The notes: generated from the sequence alone by a model not told the origin. A stretch of 64,000 nt of DNA from Spirochaetia bacterium (GCA_965199955.1 CBDATQ010000002.1:1120001-1184000); one strand, 5' to 3'. Numbered from the stretch's first letter, positions 10,231 to 21,468 are shown. Numbers and translations: made by a program.

Positions 10231-12171
10231 GTGTCCTATGTTCGTTTTTTCATAGCGGCTGTCCTGCTGACCGCAGCGGCCGCCCTGGGCGTAGCCCAGG
10301 CCGGCGTGGGGTACCCGCTGGGCCAGTGGGCGACGGTCGCCGCCTTCGAGCGTGACACCGGCGCCTCGATCACGGAGTACAGCGAAGCGCCGGTCCTGCA
10401 GGCCATGGTGGCGGACGGCACGCTGCCCGCCGTCGCCGACCGCCTGCCGCTGGAGCCGGCGGTGGTAGCCCCCGCGGAAGCGGTGGGTCAGTACGGCGGC
10501 ACCTGGCGGCGCGTAGCCACGCGGCCCACGGACAACCGCCTGGCCGACCGGATGGGCTACGAGCCCCTGCTGCGCCGCGCCCGCGACGGCACGGCCGTGG
10601 TCGCCAACATCGCCCACCGCTGGGAGGCGAGCCCCGACGGGACTCAGTTCACCTTCCACCTGCGCGAGGGCATGAAGTGGTCCGACGGCGCGCCGTTCAC
10701 GGCGGATGACATCGTCTACCAGTTCGAGAACGTCTACTCGAACGAAGAGGTCACCCCGGTGTTCCCGTCGTGGCTGACGGTGAAGACCGTGCCGCCCACC
10801 CTGACCAAGGTCGACGATCAGACCATCATCTTCACGTTCGCCGACACCAACGGCCTGTTCGAGGAGGTGCTGACCTTCCGCGGCGACGGCATCTTCGCTC
10901 CCAGGCACTACCTGGAGCAGTTCCACGCCGACTTCACCGACAAGGACAAGCTCAACGAGGCCGCCCAGGCCGAAGGTTTCGAGCTGTGGCATCAGCGCTA
11001 CGGCCAGTTGAACAACGTGACGCTGAACCAGGACCTCCCGACCATCCGCCCGTGGAGGCTTGCCACTGAGGCGACCGGCGTGACGCGCCAGATCGCCGAG
11101 CGCAACGCCTTCTACTGGAAGGTGGACACGGCCGGCCAGCAGCTCCCGTACATCGACCGCATCGCGATCGACGTGGTGGAGAGCGGCGAGGCCGCCAACT
11201 TCAAGGCGATGGCGGGCGAGATCGACATGCAGTCGCGCTACATGAGCTTCGGGAACTTCACGCTGTTCGTCGAGAACGAGGCGGCGGAGGACTACCAGGT
11301 GCGGCAGTGGGTCAACCCGATCCCGGACGCGCTGAAGTTCAACCTGACCCACGAGGACGCGGTGCTGCGCGAGCTGTTCAACGAGCGTGACTTCCGCATC
11401 GCCATGTCCAAGGCCATCGACCGCGAGGAGATCAGCGACCTGGTCTACCTGGGCGTCGCCACTCCGTGGCAGGCGGTCCCGGTCGAGGCAGATCCGTTCT
11501 TCGTGCCGCCCGTGCACATCGACTACGATCCGGACGGCGCCAACAAGCTGCTCGACGGCATCGGCCTGACCGCCCGCGACGGCGACAACATGCGCCTGCG
11601 CCCGGACGGGAAGGAGCTGAATATCATCATCTCCTCCTACGGCGCCGAGGAGGCCGGCGGCGGAGCCGACATGCTGGAGCTGATCAAGGACCATTGGGAG
11701 GCGGTCGGCATCCGCACCTCGATCTCGATCGAGGACCGCAGCCTGTGGTCCGAGCGCCGAGCGTCCGGTGAGTTCATGGTGAACGCCTACCTGACCGTCG
11801 GCATTCACTGGTCGATCGACCCCAACTGGTACGTGCCCGTGAGCGGCTCGCAGCACGGCTGGGCGCCCGAGTCCGCGCGCTGGTACGCCTCGAACGGCGA
11901 GGCCGGCGAGGAGCCGACGCCCGAGATCAAGCAGCTCCAGGAGTGGTACGGGCAGATGCAGACCACCGCCGATCCGGATGAGCGCATCGCCATCGGCAAG
12001 AACATCATCCAGTCGCACGTCGACAACGTGTGGATGATCGGCACGGTCCGCTACCCGGCGGTCGCGATCGTCAAGAACAACTTCCGCAACGTGCCGGAGA
12101 CGGTCATCCAGAGCTGGCGCCTGAAGAGCCCCGGCTACACCAACGTGGAGCAGTACTGGATCGAAGGCTGA
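10231..12171 (+). CDS. Family 5 ABC solute-binding protein
   Basis: AAGGAG then GTG at 10231; LPAVADRLP, GQYGG, LREGMKWSDGAPFTADD, YWKVDTAGQQLPYID. Confidence 0.9.
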   Translation: MSYVRFFIAAVLLTAAAALGVAQAGVGYPLGQWATVAAFERDTGASITEYSEAPVLQAMVADGTLPAVADRLPLEPAVVAPAEAVGQYGGTWRRVATRPTDNRLADRMGYEPLLRRARDGTAVVANIAHRWEASPDGTQFTFHLREGMKWSDGAPFTADDIVYQFENVYSNEEVTPVFPSWLTVKTVPPTLTKVDDQTIIFTFADTNGLFEEVLTFRGDGIFAPRHYLEQFHADFTDKDKLNEAAQAEGFELWHQRYGQLNNVTLNQDLPTIRPWRLATEATGVTRQIAERNAFYWKVDTAGQQLPYIDRIAIDVVESGEAANFKAMAGEIDMQSRYMSFGNFTLFVENEAAEDYQVRQWVNPIPDALKFNLTHEDAVLRELFNERDFRIAMSKAIDREEISDLVYLGVATPWQAVPVEADPFFVPPVHIDYDPDGANKLLDGIGLTARDGDNMRLRPDGKELNIIISSYGAEEAGGGADMLELIKDHWEAVGIRTSISIEDRSLWSERRASGEFMVNAYLTVGIHWSIDPNWYVPVSGSQHGWAPESARWYASNGEAGEEPTPEIKQLQEWYGQMQTTADPDERIAIGKNIIQSHVDNVWMIGTVRYPAVAIVKNNFRNVPETVIQSWRLKSPGYTNVEQYWIEG

Positions 12172-12207
12172 CCGGTACGCAGAACCCCCAAAGGGGTCTA
12201 CGAACAG

Positions 12208-12243
12208 GAGAGGGCGGCACACTGATTGCCGCCCTCTCTCTGT
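12208..12243 (+). terminator. Probable intrinsic terminator hairpin
   Basis: GAGAGGGCGGCA / TGCCGCCCTCTC perfect 12-bp stem after SBP stop. Confidence 0.6.
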
Positions 12244-12295
12244 CTCCGAATCCCGGGAGCTGATCCAGAATCGCGGCCGTCGTGTAGCATGCTCC

Positions 12296-13567
12296 ATGCT
12301 TCCCGATCAGTTCCTGGTCTTCTACAACTACGATCCCACCGATCCGCCGCGGTTCCACGACGGGCCGATCGACGGCGACTACTTCGACTGGCTGTTCGAG
12401 ATGCTGGCCGGCACCGGGCTGACCTTCCTGTACCGGTGCAACACGGCCGGCCGCGCCTACTACCCGTCGCAGGCGATGGCACCGTTCGACCATGGCTGTG
12501 TCGACCCGCACAACCCGGCGGCGCAGTACTGGCACCGCGTGGCCGACATCCTCGACATCGGCGATCCGCTGGCCAGCGCCGTGGAGGCGGCGCGCCGGCA
12601 CGGCGTGCCGATCTGGGGCTGGGTCAACTGGAACGAGTTCCAGTGCGTGCGCCGCGACTACGTGTCCCTGGTGGACCCGGTCTGGTACGCCGCGCCGCGC
12701 AAGTACTGGTGCTCGCGCGACGGGTCGCGCTTCTATCACGGCATTCCCGATTTCGGCGACGCGGAGGTGCAGGAGCGGCTGGCGGCGATGACCAGCGAGC
12801 TCTTGGGCTACGGCATCGACGGCCTCTACCTGTCGACCCGCTCGCATAGCTGGTACGCCTGCTTCGACACCCCCGGCTGGGACGAGCACCTGGAGCCGTT
12901 CGGCTTCACCGACCGCGTGGTCGCCGACTACCGCGAGCGGCACGGCGTGAACATCCGCTACGAACCGTACGACACCGAGGAGTTCTACCGGATCAAGGGC
13001 GAGCACTTCTCGGAGGTGATCACCCGCACCGGCAGCCAGATGCACGGCGCCGGCAAGCCGTTCGTGGTGGGCCTTTCGCCGGACCGCTACGAGCTGTGCG
13101 TGGCGTTCGGGGACGGCAGGATGGCCGGGGGCCCGCACCTGCTGCTGTACAAGGACTGGGAGCGCTGGGCGGCCGACGGGTCGGTGGACGGGATCTGCTC
13201 GGAGCGCGCCTGTCCGCACGAGGTGATCCTGGACGCGCCGCCCCTGGAGCTGTTCCGCCGCACCCTGCCGGAGGGGTTCCCGCTGTTCCTGTGGCTGGAC
13301 AACGCCCGCTTCATCAACCGCGACTACGGGCCGTTCCACCTGGGCAATTGGGACCGGTACTCGGTCGACGAGGTGATCGGCATGGTGAGCGCGGCCCGGC
13401 AGGCGGGCGCCCGCGGGGCGTTCCTGCACTCGCTGTACCACTACACCTCGCTCGACTCGGGCGGCGAGCCGATCGGCGGCCCGGCCGAGGAACCGGGTGG
13501 CTACGGCGTGCTGCCGCGCCGGGAGTGCCTGGATGCGCTACGCCGCTGGTCGGCCGCCGATGCCTGA
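12296..13567 (+). CDS. GHL10-like TIM-barrel putative glycoside hydrolase
   Basis: AYYPS, IPDFGDAEVQE, YGIDGLYLSTRSH, DWERWAADGSVDG. Confidence 0.6.
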   Translation: MLPDQFLVFYNYDPTDPPRFHDGPIDGDYFDWLFEMLAGTGLTFLYRCNTAGRAYYPSQAMAPFDHGCVDPHNPAAQYWHRVADILDIGDPLASAVEAARRHGVPIWGWVNWNEFQCVRRDYVSLVDPVWYAAPRKYWCSRDGSRFYHGIPDFGDAEVQERLAAMTSELLGYGIDGLYLSTRSHSWYACFDTPGWDEHLEPFGFTDRVVADYRERHGVNIRYEPYDTEEFYRIKGEHFSEVITRTGSQMHGAGKPFVVGLSPDRYELCVAFGDGRMAGGPHLLLYKDWERWAADGSVDGICSERACPHEVILDAPPLELFRRTLPEGFPLFLWLDNARFINRDYGPFHLGNWDRYSVDEVIGMVSAARQAGARGAFLHSLYHYTSLDSGGEPIGGPAEEPGGYGVLPRRECLDALRRWSAADA

Positions 13568-15152
13568 TCGGGCGGGGGAGCCCGGCACGCGAGGCGCGCC
13601 GCGCCTCATGTTCTACAACGACGGCCGCCATCCGCTGATCTACCAGCTCGAGCCGCCGATCCGGACGGACGAGCTCGAGATCGCGGTCGACGAGCTGGCG
13701 GGCACGCCGGTCGACGCGCTGATGTTCTGCCTGGGCGACGGCCGCACGGTGCTGCACGATACCGAGGTCGGCGAGCTCTGGGGCCACAACGTGGCGAGCT
13801 GGCCGCACATGATATTCCACCGCGCTCACCGCAACGCCAAGGGGCTGATCGACGCCGGGCACGACCCGCTGAGGGTCGTCTGCGATCGCGCGCACGCCAA
13901 GGGCATGCGCTTCTACCCGACGCTGCTGGTGCAGAACGGCCGTGGCGACGACGACGTGCGCTGCTCGGAGTTCCGGTTCGCCAACGCCCATCTCGAGATC
14001 GGGGCGGACGGCGCGCTGCCGCCCGACCACCCCGCCGCGCGCTGCCTGGACTTCGCCCATGCCGAGGTTCGCGACGAGCGCTTCGCGCTGATCGAGGAGA
14101 CCCTCGGCCGCTACCCCGTGGACGGGTTCGAGCTGCAGCTCGCCTATCGCCCTTGGTACTTTCGTCCGGAGGCCGTCGACGCCGGCCGGCGGATCATGAC
14201 CGGGTGGATCGAGCGGGTGCACGCGGCGGTCAAGGCGGGCGGCGCCGAGCGGGAGATGGTCGTGCGCGTGCCGGCCAGCATCGAGGGGTGCCGCGCCTCC
14301 GGCCTCGACGTCGCGGAATGGCTGCGCCTCGGCTTGGTCGACGTGGTGGTAGCCGAAGCCTACGGGGGTCCGGAGATCCTCGACTCGACTATGGACCTGC
14401 GCCCGCTGGTGGCCGCCGCGCGCGGCACGCGGGGTAGGGTACATGTCGCACTGCTCCGCCTGGTCGACTCGGACCGCGTGGCTTCGGCGCCGATCGAGAT
14501 GGTGCGTGCGGCCGCCGCGAACTACTGGGACCAGGGGGTGGACGGCCTCTACCTCGCCTACTGGCACGCGGCCTGGCCGTACGGCGCCGACTTCTACGAG
14601 ATACTGCGCGAGCTGCCGCACCCCGACGTGATGGCCGCCAAGGACAAGATCTACTTCGTCCCCACGGCAACCGGCCGCTTCCCCGACCCGGAGACGGAGC
14701 CTGGAGTGGAGCGGCAGCTCCCGGCCCCGCTGACGGCGGGCCGTCCGGCAAGAGCGACGTTCGTGGTGAGCGACGACCTGCCGGGGCAGGACGCCGCCGG
14801 CAGGCTCCACCAGGTCCTGCTGCGGGTGCGGGTGACGGGCGTCAGCGAGCGCGACCGCCTGACCATCCGCCTCAACGGCGCGGAGCTGCCGGCGACCGGC
14901 GGCCGCATCGTCAACCTGACGGCCAACATAAGCTGGACCCGCCACCGGGTGGCAGGCTACTGGTACCTGTTTCCGCTGACCGCCGATTGCTGGCCGCGCC
15001 GCGGCCGCAACACGCTGGAGGTCACCCTCGACGAGGCGGATCCCGAGCTCGCCACACCGCGCGCCTTGCACGACGTCGAGCTCAAGGTCGACTACCTGAT
15101 CGGCAAAAGCTTCACCCGCGACCGCGACCCCGACTTGGGACCGTTCACGTAG
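13560..15152 (+). CDS. GHL10-like TIM-barrel putative glycoside hydrolase
   Basis: MFYNDGRH, DPLRVVCDRAHAKGM, LDFAHAEVRD, PVDGFEL, GVDGLYL; start overlaps upstream stop. Confidence 0.7.
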   Translation: MPDRAGEPGTRGAPRLMFYNDGRHPLIYQLEPPIRTDELEIAVDELAGTPVDALMFCLGDGRTVLHDTEVGELWGHNVASWPHMIFHRAHRNAKGLIDAGHDPLRVVCDRAHAKGMRFYPTLLVQNGRGDDDVRCSEFRFANAHLEIGADGALPPDHPAARCLDFAHAEVRDERFALIEETLGRYPVDGFELQLAYRPWYFRPEAVDAGRRIMTGWIERVHAAVKAGGAEREMVVRVPASIEGCRASGLDVAEWLRLGLVDVVVAEAYGGPEILDSTMDLRPLVAAARGTRGRVHVALLRLVDSDRVASAPIEMVRAAAANYWDQGVDGLYLAYWHAAWPYGADFYEILRELPHPDVMAAKDKIYFVPTATGRFPDPETEPGVERQLPAPLTAGRPARATFVVSDDLPGQDAAGRLHQVLLRVRVTGVSERDRLTIRLNGAELPATGGRIVNLTANISWTRHRVAGYWYLFPLTADCWPRRGRNTLEVTLDEADPELATPRALHDVELKVDYLIGKSFTRDRDPDLGPFT

Positions 15153-15182
15153 GACGACTCACGTCGATGACCACGACCGTAA

Positions 15183-16325
15183 TCAGGGCTCCTCGGTGCC
15201 GAGGTGCTTGCGCAGCTCGCGGAGGTACCACTCCCGGCCCCGGAGCGGTTTCTTGTGATGCAGGCGCGTCTGCTTGGGGAGCAGACGTAGGCTGCGGTCG
15301 GCCAGCGGCAGGCGCACGGGCGCATACCCCTGCCGGTGCGATTCGCGGATGGCGATCGCCATCTCCAGCACCGCGCGGCCGTTGATGCCGTCGCTCAGAG
15401 GGGCGTCGCCCGCGTCGAGCGCGGTCACGAGCTCCTGCACGGTCGCTGCTTGCCGGTTGGCCGGAATCCCCCAGCCGTCGCGGCTGCCCTTGTCCCAGTT
15501 GCGGATCGACCCTTCAGGGAACACGCCGTCGATCGGCTGCAGGCGCTGCCACGAGTCGCGATCGGCTGCCGGTGCGCAGGGATCCTCGTCCGCGCGGCGC
15601 CACATTCGCACCACGTTGTCGCTGACGCGGATCACGCCGCGGCTGCCGGCCGCCTCGATGCCCATGCCGCGGGCGTCGGCGCTGCGGTGCAGGATCGCCT
15701 CCGTACCGGTGACGAAGCGGAAGTAGCCGGCGCCCCCCTGGTCGTGGTCGCTCTCCGCATCGTTCGCCATCCAGCCGATCGCCCAGGCGACGTCGGCGTC
15801 GCCGGCGAACAGCCGCACCAGGCTCAGCACCTGACAGCCGCCGCCTGACAGCTCGGTGCCGCTGCCGCCGGTGGCGGTGATCGAGCTCACCTCGCCGATC
15901 TCGCCCGCTTCGATGAGCGCCAGCGCGGTGCCGTACTCCGGCAGGTTGCGGTCCAAGTCGCCCACCGCCAACGAGACGCCGTTCGCCCGGCACGCCTCCA
16001 CCATGCGGTCGGCGTCCGCCAGGCTGGCCGCCATCGGCTTCTCGCACTGCACCGCCCGGACGCCGGCCTGCGCGCAGGCCACCACGACGTCGGGGCTGGG
16101 GGCCACCGGCAGGATCGCCGCGGCGACGTCGATCCGCTCGCGCGCGAGCATCTCGCGATAGTCGGCGTAACCCGGCACCCCGAAGCGGTCGCAGAACATG
16201 CCCAGCGTCTCCGCGTCGGGGTCGGCCGCCGCGACCACCTCGGTCTGCGGATGGAAACGGTATGCAACCGCGTACTCCACCCCCTTGTGGCCGGGGCCGA
16301 TGATGCCGATGCGATAGCTGGCCAC
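15183..16325 (-). CDS. Gfo/Idh/MocA-family NAD(P) oxidoreductase
   Basis: RIGIIGPG, YADYREML, CEKPMA motifs. Confidence 0.88.
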   Translation of the reverse strand: MASYRIGIIGPGHKGVEYAVAYRFHPQTEVVAAADPDAETLGMFCDRFGVPGYADYREMLARERIDVAAAILPVAPSPDVVVACAQAGVRAVQCEKPMAASLADADRMVEACRANGVSLAVGDLDRNLPEYGTALALIEAGEIGEVSSITATGGSGTELSGGGCQVLSLVRLFAGDADVAWAIGWMANDAESDHDQGGAGYFRFVTGTEAILHRSADARGMGIEAAGSRGVIRVSDNVVRMWRRADEDPCAPAADRDSWQRLQPIDGVFPEGSIRNWDKGSRDGWGIPANRQAATVQELVTALDAGDAPLSDGINGRAVLEMAIAIRESHRQGYAPVRLPLADRSLRLLPKQTRLHHKKPLRGREWYLRELRKHLGTEEP

Positions 16326-16339
16326 CGGCAGACTCTAAC

Positions 16340-18331
16340 CCGAAGTTCCAGAGCGTGAATCTCTCGTAACTTCATTGACAGAAATTAGTTGCAAGGTGAT
16401 CTGCGTGCTGATTGGCGTCGTTTCGTGTCCATGTAGATGGTGGTGAATAGCGGCGAGATACATGCTATTTGATCTTGACATATCGTGATTTGTGTGCATG
16501 CTGTTGCCACAGATCGGTAGTCATGTACATCGAGTCTGTCCCCAACCGCTCCTCTCCCCCTGCCATCCTGCTCCGCGAGTCCTACCGCGAGCACGGCAAG
16601 GTCAAGAAGCGCACGCTCGCGAACCTCTCCAAATGGCCCCCTGATCTGGTCGACGGCTTGCGCACCCTGCTCAAGGGCGGCCACGCCTTCGCCTCGGTCT
16701 CGGATGCGTTGCTGCTCACGCGCTCGCTGCCCCACGGCCACGTCGCCGCCGTGCTGGGCATCCTCAAGCAGCTCGGACTCCATACCCTCATCGCCCGCAA
16801 GGCCAGCCGCTCGCGCGAGCTGATCATCGCCATGATCACCGCCCGCGTCATCGACGCGCAGTCCAAACTGGCCACCGCCCGCGCGCTCTCACCGCCCAGC
16901 GCCGTGTCCACCCTGGGCGAGTCGCTGCGGTTGGGGGAGGTCGATGAGAACGAGCTCTACGAGGCGATGGACTGGTTGGTCGGGCGCCAGGCGGCGATCG
17001 AGGACCGCCTGGCCGAACAGCACCTCAGCGAGCACACGCTGGTGCTCTACGACGTGAGCTCGACCTACTTCGAGGGCAGCCACTGCGAGCTGGCGCAGTT
17101 GGGACACAGCCGTGACGGCAAGTCGGGCACGCTGCAGATCGTGTTCGGGCTGCTGTGCACCCAGGAAGGCTGTCCGGTGGCGGTGGAGGTATTCCCTGGC
17201 TCTACCGCCGACCCGAAGACGGTGAGCGCGCAGGTGGACAAGATCCGCACCCGCTTCGGGCTCACGCGGGTGGTGCTGGTCGGCGACCGCGGGATGCTGA
17301 GCGCGGCGAGGATCCGCGAGGACCTGCAAGAGGTGGAGGGGCTGCGCTGGATCACCACGCTGCGCGCGCCGACGATCCGCAAGCTGGTGGCCGCCGGCGA
17401 GGTGGCGCCGTCGTTGTTCGACGAGCGCGACCTGGCCGAGATCACCAGCGAGGAGTTTCCGGGCGAGCGGCTGATCGTGTGCCGCAACCCGTTGCTGGCC
17501 GACGAACGGGAGCGCAAGCGCCAGGAGCTGCTACAGGCCACCGAGCAGAAGCTGGCCCCGATCGCTCAGGCCACCCAGCGCGTCCATCAGCCGCTACGGG
17601 GCGAGGCCGAGATCGGCATGCGGGTCGGCAAGGTGATCAATCACTACAAGGTGGGCAAGCACTTCGTGACCGAGATCACCTCCGAGTCGTTCAGCTTTCG
17701 GCGCGATGAGGCCAAGATCGACGCCGAGCAGGCGCTGGACGGGCTGTACATCGTGCGCAGCAACGTGGAGCCGCAGGTGCTCGACGCGGCGCAGACGGTG
17801 CGCGCCTACAAGGGGCTGTCGAAGGTGGAGCGGGCGTTTCGGTGCATGAAGTCCGTGGACCTGAAGGTGCGCCCGATTCACCACCGGCGCGCGGATCGAG
17901 TGCGGGCGCACGTGCTGCTGTGCATGCTGGCCTACTACGTGGAGTGGCACATGCGGCGCTCGTTGGCGCCGTTGCTGTTCGACGATCACGATCGACAGGG
18001 CGCCGAGCGCAAGCGGGTCTCCGAAGTGGCTCCGGCGCAGCGATCGGCGGCCGCGGCGGCCAAGGCGTCGAGCAAGCGCACCGAGGACGGGTTGCCGGTG
18101 CACAGCTTTCGGACGCTGATCACTGAACTGGGCACGCTGACGGCGAACACGATGCAGGTTGCAGAGGGCGGCAGCACGTTCACGCTGCACACGCACCCGA
18201 CGCCGGTTCAGCAGCGCTGTTTCGAGCTGCTTGGGGTCACGCCCCGCATGTAGCCATGCACAGGAACCTGCACCATTGAGAAACTACCCTGACCACAAGG
18301 ACTTCAGGCAATTTCGCTCCTGGAACTTCGG
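16340..18331 (+). mobile_element. Complete IS1634-family insertion sequence
   Basis: Terminal IRs CCGAAGTTCCAG (16340) / CTGGAACTTCGG (ends 18331); 6-bp TSD TCTAAC at 16334-16339 and 18332-18337. Confidence 0.92.
16523..18253 (+). CDS. IS1634-family DDE transposase
   Basis: LLRESYREHGKVKKRTLANLS, LYDVSSTYFEG, VGDRGM, YKGLSKVERAFR, RVRAHVLLCMLAY. Confidence 0.93.
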   Translation: MYIESVPNRSSPPAILLRESYREHGKVKKRTLANLSKWPPDLVDGLRTLLKGGHAFASVSDALLLTRSLPHGHVAAVLGILKQLGLHTLIARKASRSRELIIAMITARVIDAQSKLATARALSPPSAVSTLGESLRLGEVDENELYEAMDWLVGRQAAIEDRLAEQHLSEHTLVLYDVSSTYFEGSHCELAQLGHSRDGKSGTLQIVFGLLCTQEGCPVAVEVFPGSTADPKTVSAQVDKIRTRFGLTRVVLVGDRGMLSAARIREDLQEVEGLRWITTLRAPTIRKLVAAGEVAPSLFDERDLAEITSEEFPGERLIVCRNPLLADERERKRQELLQATEQKLAPIAQATQRVHQPLRGEAEIGMRVGKVINHYKVGKHFVTEITSESFSFRRDEAKIDAEQALDGLYIVRSNVEPQVLDAAQTVRAYKGLSKVERAFRCMKSVDLKVRPIHHRRADRVRAHVLLCMLAYYVEWHMRRSLAPLLFDDHDRQGAERKRVSEVAPAQRSAAAAAKASSKRTEDGLPVHSFRTLITELGTLTANTMQVAEGGSTFTLHTHPTPVQQRCFELLGVTPRM

Positions 18332-18338
18332 TCTAACC

Positions 18339-19690
18339 TCAGCAGGCCAGTCCGTACAGCCGGGCGTCGCCCCGCAGGCGCACCCGGATCAGCAACCCCC
18401 GGCCTACCTGCGGCTGGCGCCGGGCGGTGCCCACGATCGCCGACAGGTCGCTCCGCCCGCCCCAGCTCACCACCTGGTCCAGGCCGTCGCCGGACATCGG
18501 GTCGCACTCGGCAAGCGTGAAGCCCGGCACCGCGTCCCCGCTCTGGCAATCCACCAGCTCGACGGCGATCGCACCGCCGGCGGCATCGGCGTTGATCCGC
18601 AGCTCGGGGCGGGCGAAGGCGATCAGCGAGGTGGTCAGCGTGCCCTCCGCTCCGCCGGCGGCAGCCAGCGCCAGCCAGCGGTCGCGGCGCAGCTTCACGA
18701 GCCCGAACGCCGACCGTGTCACGCACATGCCGTCGGTGGCGGGCTCGCCCCAGATGTGGCCGGCGTTCTTGCCGTAGTAGAAGAGGAACACATCGTCGCC
18801 GACGACCTGCGGATTGATGGGGATGATGCAGCCGTCGTCCCAGGCGAGGGGCTGCCGCGGGCGGATGAACGGCTCGCGGTCAACCCGGGTCCACCGCCGA
18901 GAAGCTGACGCCGATGACCCGGTGCTTGGGCATGATGCGCGGCCGCTGCCACAGCACCCAGCGCCGGGTCGCCGGATCCCAGCCGTGCAGGATCGTGTTG
19001 TCCGTGATCAGCGCGCCCGATCCGGCCCAGCCCGGCCGCTGGTGCCACGTCAGCCCGTCGGCCGAGCAGGCGACGTACACCCCGCATGCCAGGTGCCGGC
19101 CGTGGGTGCGGCACCACTCGTCTTCTCCCTGCGGGCCGGTCCAGGTCAGCTCGCCGGGCCGCAGCGGATGGCGGTCCAGGCCGATCGCCTTGTAGCGCCG
19201 CGCGGGGTCGGGGTCATGCGGGGTCCTTGGCGACGCTCCACAGGATGGCGGCCGACTCGCCGACGCCTTCCAGGCGCAGCAGGTTGTTGGAGGTGGAGCC
19301 GGCGAACTCGGTGAGGCCCAGGCTCGGCCGTTCCCAGGACAGGCCGTCGCGGCTCTCGGCATACGCCCAGCGCCGCCTCGCCCCCACCGGCGCGTCCGGC
19401 AGCGCCGGATCGTAGGCGGGATACCAGCACTTGAACCGGGACTCCTCCGCGTCCCAGAGGATGCAGTTGCGGCCGATGAGACCCAGGCCTTCCCACGCGG
19501 CCTCCGGCTCCAGCACCGGCCCGTCGGCCACGCGCTCGACGCTGCCGGTCACCCGGCGCACCCCGTCCACCCGGGCGACGTGAAGGTCGTCCAGGAACAG
19601 ATACGTACGAGCCGGGTAAGCGCCCGTGTCGTGGGGCGAGGGGACAGGAGAGGAGGATACGCTCGTTGGCAAGGGCACGAACGGTACCAT
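18339..19690 (-). pseudogene. Beta-propeller glycoside-hydrolase-like gene with frameshift (~19220) and internal deletion (~18895)
   Basis: Three frame pieces align in order to intact paralog 24831-26321; segment between IGVSFS and RRWTRVDREP is missing. Confidence 0.75.
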
Positions 19691-19817
19691 GCCGGTATAT
19701 CCCGCCGCAGTCCGAGGGCGGCCATGCGTGGCCCACGTCCGGACCGGTCGTCCAGAAGATTCCGGCGCAATTCAGTGGCGGCCCGCGCGCGGTATGATGA
19801 CCGGAGGAGGGATGCAC

Positions 19818-21170
19818 ATGGCACAGGGTGACGTTCTTCCTTCGGAGAAGCGGGAGTACCGCGAACCGGCGACCGGCGTGAAGGTGGTGCAGCTTACCGA
19901 TGGGCCCTGCTACAACGTCCACCCCTACTACAACCAGGAGGGGTTCATCGGCGGCTCGGAGCGGTTCGTGTTTGCTTCCAACCGCTCCGGAAAAGGTCAG
20001 ATCTACGCGGTGGAGACCGGCTCCGGCAAGATCGTGCAACTCACCGACTACGAGGAACCGCCGGTGATGGCAGGCCTGGACCCGCACACCGGGACCGGCG
20101 GCTCGGCCGGCCTGACCTGCGATCCGGTGCGCGGCCGCATCTACTACGGCTGCGGCCGGCACTATTGCTGCCTGGACGTCGAGACCCTGCGCGAGGAGAT
20201 CGTCGCCGAGTCGCCGCCGGGGTGCGAACCGCTGGGCGGCTCGGATCTGTCGAGCTGTGGACGCTACCTGGTACTGATGACGCGGCCCGACGACGCATCG
20301 CCGTGGCCGATGCACGACGACTCCCGCTATCGGCACGGCAGCGAGATGCTGGTGATCCTGTGCGACTTGGAGGAGCGGCGGCAGGCGATCGTCTACCACG
20401 GCCCCAGCGCCGAGAACCGCGCCGCGGCGGACAGCCACCTGTTCATCTGCCGGGGCGATCCCTCCTACCTGTTCTTCGGCAGCTACACCCGCACGCAGCC
20501 GACCGGGCTGAAGACCATGTGGTTCATGCGGGTCGACCTGGAGCGCCTGGTGCCGCTGCAGGATCCGCTGCCGATCTTCCCGCAGCAGCCGCACGAGATG
20601 GTCAACCACTACTACCCGGCGCCGAACAACCACGTCGAGTCGCTGCTGTTCACGTTGACCGAGCGCGACCGCGACAGCATACCGGTGAGCCCGGTGCGCC
20701 GCGCGGAGATGATCGACGTCGACCTGGTCAACCGGGTGGAGCGCCGCTGGGTTTTCCCGGGCCGCGAGCCCATCCACTTCAAGTGCAACTCCAAGCCCGA
20801 CCTGTGGGTGGGCGACGCCGCCGACCCCGGCCTGCAATGGTTCGAGGGTCGCGGCGATCTCGACCGGTACGTGGACGATGGGGAAGGCGAGGCCGCCGAG
20901 GGTCCTGACTCGTCGGCGCGCCGGGACCCGGACGCGGTCGGGCTGACCGGCTATCGGTGGCCCGAAGCGCACCGCTGGATCGGCATGTTCCGCAAGCGCG
21001 GTCCGTTCATCGAGATGCGGCCGCTGGTGCGCCACGACACGGTCTGGCGGTGCACCCATCCGCACCCGGTGTTCTCGCCGGACGACCGCTGGGTGGCCTA
21101 TGGGTCCGGGGACCGCCGGCAGGCGCAGCTCTTCCTGGCGGAGGCGGTCTGGCCGCGCTGGATGACGTGA
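19818..21170 (+). CDS. Oligogalacturonate lyase (PL22)-like beta-propeller, copy 1
   Basis: ATGVKVVQLT, HPYY, FASNRSG, IVQLTD, THPHPVFSPDD; GGAGG RBS. Confidence 0.75.
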   Translation: MAQGDVLPSEKREYREPATGVKVVQLTDGPCYNVHPYYNQEGFIGGSERFVFASNRSGKGQIYAVETGSGKIVQLTDYEEPPVMAGLDPHTGTGGSAGLTCDPVRGRIYYGCGRHYCCLDVETLREEIVAESPPGCEPLGGSDLSSCGRYLVLMTRPDDASPWPMHDDSRYRHGSEMLVILCDLEERRQAIVYHGPSAENRAAADSHLFICRGDPSYLFFGSYTRTQPTGLKTMWFMRVDLERLVPLQDPLPIFPQQPHEMVNHYYPAPNNHVESLLFTLTERDRDSIPVSPVRRAEMIDVDLVNRVERRWVFPGREPIHFKCNSKPDLWVGDAADPGLQWFEGRGDLDRYVDDGEGEAAEGPDSSARRDPDAVGLTGYRWPEAHRWIGMFRKRGPFIEMRPLVRHDTVWRCTHPHPVFSPDDRWVAYGSGDRRQAQLFLAEAVWPRWMT

Positions 21171-21468
21171 GCGCTCCCGCCGGCTCGTTAGGCGAGCTTG
21201 ACAGGGCTGTGGAGTAGGGGAAGGCTCGGGAGAACGTATCCGATCCGTCACGCGTCGATCGAGGACGTGCTTACGCTGGCTTGCGCCCGCACGTTTCCTT
21301 CCAGCCCCGTCCGCCACAGGGACGAACGACGTCGGTCCGCGTGCGCACCGATGACGCACGGCTCCACGCGCCGATGATCGTCGTCGATACGCGGCAACGG
21401 CTCGCCGGCCGTCGCGACTACGTCACCAAGAACGTCCGCCGTCACTGGTTCATTTATAACTATGCGTC

